DNA from: Candidatus Eiseniibacteriota bacterium
GTDB lineage: Bacteria; Eisenbacteria; RBG-16-71-46
NCBI GenBank assembly: GCA_033853925.1
Contig: JAWOLC010000052.1
Span: forward strand, 20 to 64,019
Direction of reading: 5' to 3'
Length of the DNA: 64,000 nucleotides
Made by a program: the position numbers and the translations under genes. Below, one piece after another: positions 57,662 to 64,000 of the stretch. Position 1 is the first letter of the stretch, and every line of letters starts with the position of its first letter. A model generated the notes under the pieces. That model was not told the origin of the DNA and searched no databases. It saw nothing but the letters and a program-made list of their open reading frames with translations.

Positions 57662-58867
57662 GTGAGCGCTCCGCCCGCTCCTCTTGCCTCCCGCGGCGGC
57701 GCTCCCGTGCGCTCCGCCTTCCTGCCCTTCTCGCGTCCCTCGATCGGCCCGCGGGAGAAGGAGCGCGCGCTCGAAGCGCTGGACTCCGGCTGGATCACGA
57801 CCGGACCCCTGGCTCAGGAGCTGGGGCGCCGCGTGGCGGCGCTCGCGGGCGCGCGCCACGGCTTGGCGGTCAACTCGGCCACGGGCGCCCTGCATCTCGC
57901 GCTCCTCGGGCTGGGGGTGGGGCCGGGGGACGAAGTCGTGACCTCGGCCTACACGTTCGTGGCCTGCGCGAACGTCATCGAGCACGTCGGCGCGCGCGTG
58001 GTCCTGGCCGACGTCGAGGCGGACACGCTCTGCATGGACCCGCGCTCGCTGGAGCGGGCGCTGGGTCCGCGCACCCGGGCGATCCTGCCGGTGGACTACG
58101 CCGGCCATCCCTGCGACCTCGAGGCCATCGGGGCCCTGGCGCGCGCCCGCGGCCTGCCCGTGATCGAGGACGCGGCGCACTCGCTGGGGGCGGCGATCGG
58201 AGAGCGTCCCGTGGGCTCCTTCTCCACGGTGACCGCCTTCTCCTTCTACGCCACGAAGAACGTCACCACCGGCGAGGGCGGGGCCGCCGTCACCGACGAC
58301 GAGGCCCTGGCCGAGCGCATGGAGCAGTACGCCCTGCACGGCATGAACCGCGACGCCTGGCGGCGCTACTCGGACACCGGCTCCTGGTACTACGAGGTCA
58401 CGACGCCGGGGTTCAAGTACAACCTGAGCGACGTGCTCGCGGCTGTCGGCCTGGCCCAGCTCGAGCGCTTCGCGGACATGCAGCGCCGGCGCCGCGAGCT
58501 GGTGGCGCGCTACGACGACGCCCTGGCGGGAATCCCCGAGGTGCGCCGGCCGCGCTCGCGCCCCGGGGTGGTGCACGCCCATCACCTGTACCCCATCGCC
58601 CTGGAGCTGGACCGCCTGAGCTGCGACCGCGCCCGCTTCATCGAGGAGCTGCGGGCGGAGAACATCGGCGCCTCCGTTCACTTCATCCCCATCCACTTCC
58701 ATCCCTACTTCCGCGACCGCCTCGGGCTCGGAGCCGGCGCGTTCCCGGTCGCCGAGGAAGCCTACCGGCGCGCGGTCACCCTGCCGCTCTTCCCCGACAT
58801 GTCGGCGCAGGACGTCGCCGACGTGGCGAGCGCCGTGGGCAAGATCGTCGCCCACTACCGCCGCTAG
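57662..58867 (+). CDS. ArnB-like sugar aminotransferase (DegT/DnrJ/EryC1 family), second copy
   Basis: ORF 57662..58867; FLPFSRPSIG...ALDSGWITTGP and FSFYATKNVTTGEGG closely match ArnB; an alternative GTG start at 57707 gives M-RSAFLPFSRP. Confidence 0.85.
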   Translation: MSAPPAPLASRGGAPVRSAFLPFSRPSIGPREKERALEALDSGWITTGPLAQELGRRVAALAGARHGLAVNSATGALHLALLGLGVGPGDEVVTSAYTFVACANVIEHVGARVVLADVEADTLCMDPRSLERALGPRTRAILPVDYAGHPCDLEAIGALARARGLPVIEDAAHSLGAAIGERPVGSFSTVTAFSFYATKNVTTGEGGAAVTDDEALAERMEQYALHGMNRDAWRRYSDTGSWYYEVTTPGFKYNLSDVLAAVGLAQLERFADMQRRRRELVARYDDALAGIPEVRRPRSRPGVVHAHHLYPIALELDRLSCDRARFIEELRAENIGASVHFIPIHFHPYFRDRLGLGAGAFPVAEEAYRRAVTLPLFPDMSAQDVADVASAVGKIVAHYRR

Positions 58868-58974
58868 CTCTCGGCCCGCCTCCTCGCCCACCGGGCCGCG
58901 CCCGACAGGACCCTTCCCCGTTCCTCCCGCTTCCGGGCCGAGCCCCGGCCGCAGGCGCGCGGGCGCGCGAGCCT

Positions 58975-59982
58975 TCACGTGGTCACCTCCTGCGCCCGGT
59001 TGAGCGAGGCCAGGGAGAGGCCCTCGCGCCGGAGGTAGTAGAGGCCCACGACCGTGACCGGCAGCCACTGCGCGGCCCAGTAGAACCACGAGAAGGAGCT
59101 GGCCACGTCGCGGCTGCGGAAGCCGAACAGCGTCAGGCCCATGACGCACGCGGCGTTCATGGTGCCCACGTAGCCCGGCGCGGCGGGGGCCATGATGGCG
59201 ATGGCGGTGATCACGAGCAGGGTGAAGCCGGCGTACCAGGGCAGGTGGATGCTCAGGGCCTCGAGGCTCCACTGCAGGGCGACGCCGAAGCAGCCGAACA
59301 TGATGAAGGAGAGCAGGAAGACCCAGAGCAGGCGGGGCACGTCGCGGAAGAGGCTCAGGCCCTCCATGAAATGGTCCAGCATGACCTCGAGCTTGGTCCG
59401 GTAGCGCACGGGGAGCCAGCGCACGAGGGCGTGGACCAGGCGGCGCGCGGCCGTGGGCGTGCGCTCGAGCAGGACGAGCACCAGCGTGAGCAGGATGGTC
59501 AGGAGGATGAGGGCGATGGCTCCGCCGCGGATGCTCCGGCCGGCCTCGCTGTGGGCCTCGATGGGGTGCACGAGGAGCGTGAGGGCCAGGATCCCCAGCA
59601 GGGTCAGCATGTCCACGGCGCGCTCGACGACCACCGTCGCCAGCACCATGGTCCCCGAGCACTTCTCGCGGCGGGCGAGGGCCCAGGCCCGCACGAACTC
59701 GCCGAGCCGCAGAGGCAGGACGTTGTTGGCCATGAAGCCGATCATGGTGGCGCTGAACAGGCTGTCCAGGCTGGCCTGGCGGGGCGCGGCCAGGAGCGAA
59801 CGCCAGCGCAGGGCCCGCAGCCAGAAGGAGAACAGGGTGAGCCCCATGACCCCGGCGAAGAGCAGCAGATTGGACTGGCGCAGCGCCTCGATCACGCGGG
59901 GAAGGCTCACGCCCCGCATGGAGTACCAGATGGCGACGATGGAGATCGCCAGGCCCAGAGCGAAGTGCAGCCCGCGCTTCAT
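58975..59982 (-). CDS. UPF0104/flippase-like integral membrane protein (lysyl-PG-synthase TM-domain-like)
   Basis: 335 aa from MKRGLHFALGLAISIVAIWY of ORF 58975..60429; 8 transmembrane helices. Confidence 0.7.
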   Translation of the reverse strand: MKRGLHFALGLAISIVAIWYSMRGVSLPRVIEALRQSNLLLFAGVMGLTLFSFWLRALRWRSLLAAPRQASLDSLFSATMIGFMANNVLPLRLGEFVRAWALARREKCSGTMVLATVVVERAVDMLTLLGILALTLLVHPIEAHSEAGRSIRGGAIALILLTILLTLVLVLLERTPTAARRLVHALVRWLPVRYRTKLEVMLDHFMEGLSLFRDVPRLLWVFLLSFIMFGCFGVALQWSLEALSIHLPWYAGFTLLVITAIAIMAPAAPGYVGTMNAACVMGLTLFGFRSRDVASSFSWFYWAAQWLPVTVVGLYYLRREGLSLASLNRAQEVTT

Positions 59983-60368
59983 CCGCGCTCCGCGGGGGCG
60001 CCCGCCGGCCCGCCCCCCCGCCGGAGATCCTCGAGCTCGCTGCGCAGCAGGGCCAGCTCCCGCGTCAGCGCGTGGTTGTCCTGTCCCAGCCGGGACAGCT
60101 TGACGGAGAGATGGAGCAGCATGGCCAGGCTGAAGCCGATGCCGAAGGCGAAGACCGTGGAGCTCGCGCCCATCATGCCCAGCGCGCGCGTGATCCAGGT
60201 GAGCAGCGGCGTCGAGAAGCCCAGCGTGGCCACGAGCACGGTGCAGATGACCCACAGGAGCGAGTACTCCTCCGAGAGCTTGCGGCGGCGCACGAGGTCC
60301 AGCACGTACAGCACGAGCAGGACCGCGCCGATCGCCATGATGACCTGGGTTCTCGAGAGAAACGTCAT
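59979..60368 (-). CDS. DUF2304-family small membrane protein
   Basis: ORF 59979..60368; three transmembrane helices and a C-terminal amphipathic helix. Confidence 0.65.
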   Translation of the reverse strand: MTFLSRTQVIMAIGAVLLVLYVLDLVRRRKLSEEYSLLWVICTVLVATLGFSTPLLTWITRALGMMGASSTVFAFGIGFSLAMLLHLSVKLSRLGQDNHALTRELALLRSELEDLRRGGGPAGAPAERG

Positions 60369-60377
60369 GGAGGCTCC

Positions 60378-61088
60378 TCAGAGCTGGGCCGGCCGCTTCA
60401 GCAGCGCCATCAGCGAGGCCAGCAGACACTTGTAGGGGTAGTACAGCGATCGCCCGAGCGTGTAGAAGGATCGTCCCGCCCGCCGCTCACGCATCTCGAC
60501 CGGCACCTCCTCGAAGCGGAATCCGCGGCGGCCCAGGGTAATGAGGAGCGGGGCGTCGGGGAAGTCCCTCGGGAAGTCCTGCTGGCACACCTCCATGACC
60601 GCCCGGGAATAGGCGCGAAAGCCGGAGGTCGTGTCGGTGATCCGCCGTCGGAGCACGGCGCTCACGAGGTGGGAGAAGAGCACCATGCCGAGCCGGCGCG
60701 CGACCGGGGCGCGGTAGCCCGTGCGCCGCAGGTAGCGGGAGCCGATGCTCACGTCACAGCGGCCGGCGGCCAGCGGCTCGACCAGGGCGCCGAGGAAGGC
60801 CGGGTCGTGCTGCCCGTCCGCGTCGAGCTGGACCCCCACGTCGTAGCCGTGCTCCACGGCCCAGCGGAAGCCGGACTGCAGGGCCCCGCCCACCCCCAGG
60901 TTGACGGCGTGCCGCAGGACGGGCGCACCGCGCTCGCGCGCGACCCGCGCCGTGGCGTCACGCGAGCCGTCGTCCACCACGAGCGCGTCCATCTGGGGCG
61001 CGAGCGCGTGCAGCTCGGCGAGCGTGGCCGGCAGGCTCTCCTGCTCGTTCAGCGCGGGAATGATCACCAGCACGCGGGGAGCGCTCAC
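60378..61088 (-). CDS. GtrB/DPM1-like polyprenyl-phosphate glycosyltransferase (GT2)
   Basis: ORF 60378..61088; VLVIIPALNEQ, VDDGSRD and DADGQH motifs. Confidence 0.85.
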   Translation of the reverse strand: MSAPRVLVIIPALNEQESLPATLAELHALAPQMDALVVDDGSRDATARVARERGAPVLRHAVNLGVGGALQSGFRWAVEHGYDVGVQLDADGQHDPAFLGALVEPLAAGRCDVSIGSRYLRRTGYRAPVARRLGMVLFSHLVSAVLRRRITDTTSGFRAYSRAVMEVCQQDFPRDFPDAPLLITLGRRGFRFEEVPVEMRERRAGRSFYTLGRSLYYPYKCLLASLMALLKRPAQL

Positions 61089-62671
61089 GAGGGTCTCCGC
61101 GACTCGGCCAGGCGGGCGAAGAAGCCCAGGAACCAGACGAGGCTGCCGCGCACGAAGCGGGTCCAGGCGGCCTCGAGCGGCACCTCCTCCAGCTTCTCCA
61201 GGTCCTGGCGCCGCACCAACCCGAAGGCGAACAGGCCCACCGCCGCGGGGAAGAGCAGGACGACATGGAAGGCGAAGAGGGCGAAGACGTGCCCGCGCAG
61301 GCTCCAGTCGACGAGCAGCGTGATCCCGACCAGGGGCAGCACCAGCCCCAGGGTCGTCAGCGTCGCCCGCGACCGCTCGCGCGCCTCCTCCGGCAGCAGG
61401 CGGGTGCCCACGAAGAGCGCGGCCGCGTAGGACACGACCGCGCCCACCAGGTTGGACCAGGCCGCGCCGATGACGCCCAGGGTGGTCACCAACAGGAAGT
61501 AGGCCCCGAACTCGCCCACGAACTTCACGACCGCCAGGACCAGCTCGATGCCGGGGCGACCCAGGGCCCGGAACAGCATGGTGAAGGGCTGCTGGGCGGT
61601 GCGGGCGAGCGGAACCAGCGCGAGGACGCGCAGCAGCGGCACCGCGGGCAGGAAGAGTCGGCTGCCGAGCACCCGGGTCAGCTCGCGGGCGAACACGAAC
61701 AGGCCCAGCGAGACGACGAAGGCCAGCGCCTGGACCAGGCGGTGCGCCTGCGAGAACGCCAGGCGCAGCCGCACCCGCTCACCCCGAGCCACGAGCCAGG
61801 TGAGCGAGGGCAGCAGCGCGGAGGGGATGGCGTTCACGAACTCGCTGAAGCGCTCGACGGTCTGGTAGGCGAAGGTGAAGTACCCCAGCAGGGTCGTGTC
61901 GAACAGGCCGCCCACGATGATCTTGCTGAGGTTCTGCCCCGAGGTGAAGGCGATGCGCCCTCCGAGCAGCGGGAGGCAGTAGGCGAACATGCCGCGGAGC
62001 AGGCCGCCCCAGGTACGCTCGGGCGCCGGCGCCTCCCGCTCCTCCGGCTGCCGCAGGATCCAGAAGCAGACCGCGGTCTGCATCAGGCCCAGGCTCACCG
62101 AGAGCCCCGCGAAGCCCACGGCCAGAGGCACCAGGCCTTGCCGGCTCCACCACAGCGCCCCCACCAGGACGGTCTTGGCCACATGGAACACCACGGCCAG
62201 GACCGAGACCCAGCGGAATTGCTGGAGGCCGAAGAGCGTGGAGCGACTCGTCGTCGCCAGGCCGTCGAAGGCCACGGTGACCACGAGGATCGGCACGAGC
62301 ACGCGCAGCTCGGGAGTCTCCCAGCGCCCGGCCAGCCAGGGGAGGATCGCCAGCAGCACCGCGCTGGCCAGCAGGCCCAGCGAGACCTTGACCGCGAGCG
62401 CCAGCACGTGGGCGCGGCGGAGGGTCACGCCCAGCCGGCGTGCCTCGTACTCGGCGGCGTAGCGCTCGAGATACATCTCGAAGTTGCCCGTCGCCGTCGC
62501 CGCCATCCCGGTGAAGGCGAGGGCCAGGGTCATGATGCCCAGCTTGGTGGGCCCCAGCCAGCGCATCAGCAGCAACGTGTAGGCGACACCGGAGAAGATC
62601 GCGGCCGCCTTCTCGACGGCCAGCCAGAACGCGCCGCGCGAGACGCTGTGCGCGATGCCGCGGGGGTTCAT
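61085..62671 (-). CDS. Wzx-type flippase (MOP superfamily), third copy
   Basis: 528 aa from MNPRGIAHSVSRGAFWLAVEKAA of ORF 61085..62998. Confidence 0.75.
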   Translation of the reverse strand: MNPRGIAHSVSRGAFWLAVEKAAAIFSGVAYTLLLMRWLGPTKLGIMTLALAFTGMAATATGNFEMYLERYAAEYEARRLGVTLRRAHVLALAVKVSLGLLASAVLLAILPWLAGRWETPELRVLVPILVVTVAFDGLATTSRSTLFGLQQFRWVSVLAVVFHVAKTVLVGALWWSRQGLVPLAVGFAGLSVSLGLMQTAVCFWILRQPEEREAPAPERTWGGLLRGMFAYCLPLLGGRIAFTSGQNLSKIIVGGLFDTTLLGYFTFAYQTVERFSEFVNAIPSALLPSLTWLVARGERVRLRLAFSQAHRLVQALAFVVSLGLFVFARELTRVLGSRLFLPAVPLLRVLALVPLARTAQQPFTMLFRALGRPGIELVLAVVKFVGEFGAYFLLVTTLGVIGAAWSNLVGAVVSYAAALFVGTRLLPEEARERSRATLTTLGLVLPLVGITLLVDWSLRGHVFALFAFHVVLLFPAAVGLFAFGLVRRQDLEKLEEVPLEAAWTRFVRGSLVWFLGFFARLAESRRPS

Positions 62672-63813
62672 CGGCCCAGCTCCGCCAGCTCGCCTTCGAG
62701 GTAGCCGCGCACGTCCTTGAGGTGGCGCAGCGCCTCGGGCAGGGGGCGGTTGGCGAAGAGCAGCGCCGCCATGTCCGCGTGCCTCGGGTCGTAGCCGTGC
62801 ATGGCCGCCAGCGGGCGCGAGCCCATGAACGAGGGCACCATCAGCACGCCCGGATCGAGCAGGAAGATGTCGTCCCCGTAATCCCGCCCGGGGAACAGCG
62901 CCCCTTCCCGCTCCAGCTCGGCATCCGTGAGCCAGTGGCCGCCGGGCTGCGCGCCCAGGGCCGCGCGCACCTCCGCCCGCGCCCCGTCCGACCGCCACCA
63001 GAAGCGCGCCAGGGTGGAGTCGAAGAAGGGGACGAAGTCACGCGGCCACCGGCAGGAGCATCTCGCCACCACGCCCATCAGGTCGACGCTGCGGCCAACC
63101 CTCACCATCCCGTGGTCGGAGAGCAGCACGAGCCGAAGGTCCTCCCCGCGCCGCTCCGCCGCCCGGACGACGCGTCCGAGCCAGGCGTCGTAGAGTGCGA
63201 GCCGCTCCCGGGCCCCGGGGCCGTCGGGGCCCTCCTGATGCAGCACGGCGTCGAGCTTGCCAGTGTAGCAGAAGAGGAAATCCTCCGGCCCGCTCTCGAG
63301 GGCTCGCTCCACCGCCGCCAGGCTCTCCGACTCCGGCATTCGCCAGCTCCAGCCCTGCCAGAGGAGGCCGAGGCGCTCCGGCGCGCTCCACAGGCTGTCG
63401 CCGGGCAGGCCGTGGGCCGCGAAGACGTCCTCGCGCTCGGCCAGGTCGAATTCCTCGAGCAGCTCGCGCGGCACCTCGTAGAGGCTGAAGTAGCCACGCA
63501 CCCCGCGCGCCACCACGAGCCGCGTGAGCAGCACCGAGAGCTTCCAGCTCCGGCGCAGGCGAGGCGGCAGCCAAGCGAGCCGGCGGAAGCCGCGGAAGGG
63601 CGTTCCGGCGCCGGTGGCCCGGCGGTACATGAGCCAGCGCCCGTGCTCGTGCGGCAGCCGGCCGGTGAACAGGGTCGGCAGCGCGCCGGCGCTGAAGCCG
63701 AGGATCGTCTCCAGCCGGCGCCGATGCGGCAGCATGCCGGCGAAGCCGGGCGAGCGGCACGCCAGCTCCCAGCCCAGGGCATCCACGAGCAGGACCACCA
63801 GCCGTCGTCTCAC
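62668..63813 (-). CDS. Alkaline-phosphatase-superfamily metalloenzyme (type I phosphodiesterase/nucleotide pyrophosphatase-like)
   Basis: From GTG 63813 (M-RRRLVVLLVDALGWE) behind a GAGGAG SD in ORF 62668..63978; metal-ligand region SDHGM. Confidence 0.7.
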   Translation of the reverse strand: MRRRLVVLLVDALGWELACRSPGFAGMLPHRRRLETILGFSAGALPTLFTGRLPHEHGRWLMYRRATGAGTPFRGFRRLAWLPPRLRRSWKLSVLLTRLVVARGVRGYFSLYEVPRELLEEFDLAEREDVFAAHGLPGDSLWSAPERLGLLWQGWSWRMPESESLAAVERALESGPEDFLFCYTGKLDAVLHQEGPDGPGARERLALYDAWLGRVVRAAERRGEDLRLVLLSDHGMVRVGRSVDLMGVVARCSCRWPRDFVPFFDSTLARFWWRSDGARAEVRAALGAQPGGHWLTDAELEREGALFPGRDYGDDIFLLDPGVLMVPSFMGSRPLAAMHGYDPRHADMAALLFANRPLPEALRHLKDVRGYLEGELAELGR

Positions 63814-64000
63814 GCCGGCTCCTCGCTGCGCTGGCCGTCCAGCACCCAGCGATCCCAGACCGCCGCCACGGCCCCGGCCGCCGCCGGCCAGTCGGGGCGC
63901 GCGGCCGCGCTCACGACGCCCAGGCGGGCGAGCGCGCCGGCGGCGCGGGCCGGCAGGGTCGGGGCCGCGGCCGACCACGCCGCGGTCGCCGCGGCCCGCA

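Overview
High-GC (about 70%+) bacterial chromosomal segment, almost fully coding. The ORF track contains many long spurious antisense or out-of-frame ORFs, which were rejected using family similarity, third-codon-position GC content (GC3), Shine-Dalgarno (SD) context and stop/start overlaps. Coordinates 1-18.9 kb are housekeeping genes: (i) an aspartate-type aminotransferase, ATP-dependent PEP carboxykinase (pckA), secreted alkaline phosphatase and a Cys/Met-metabolism PLP enzyme; (ii) an NfeD/stomatin pair; (iii) a pterin-type cluster with folE-methyltransferase-aldo/keto reductase in one overlapped operon, convergent with a PTR1/FolM-like reductase; (iv) tRNA-Gly(GCC) and lysC; (v) glgA with a GalT-like HIT enzyme, a GlgC/GlmU-like beta-helix protein, a SPOR lipoprotein and a ManC-like nucleotidyltransferase. 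Coordinates 19-64 kb are one very large glycan/exopolysaccharide locus of roughly 35 genes. It carries about 10 GT4/GT2 glycosyltransferases, UDP-glucose dehydrogenase and a WbaP-like priming phosphotransferase. It also carries three GtrB/ArnC-type polyprenyl-phosphate sugar synthases, two ArnT/PMT-like GT-C enzymes, two ArnB-like aminotransferases and a PglD-like N-acetyltransferase. Further members are three Wzx-type flippases, one Wzy/O-antigen-ligase-like protein, a FemAB-like protein, a beta-helix acetyltransferase, a PEP-CTERM-type polysaccharide deacetylase and an AsnB-type amidotransferase. Two SAM methyltransferases, a phosphodiesterase-superfamily enzyme, a DUF2304/UPF0104 pair and three paralogous 676-860 aa polytopic membrane proteins of unknown function complete the set. 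A prolyl oligopeptidase and an alkyltransferase-like (ATL) protein sit inside the locus. Long runs of genes are joined by 1-4 nt stop/start overlaps (ATGA/GTGA/TTGA). Several genes appear to use GTG/TTG starts and two probably use CTG. No CRISPR array, IS element or integrase is visible. The most novel content is a putative lipid-linked 4-acetamido-sugar donor module (ArnB-like + PglD-like + ArnC-like + GT-C) and the three-member family of large uncharacterised membrane proteins, all embedded in a locus of exosortase/PEP-CTERM type whose exosortase gene is not in this window.
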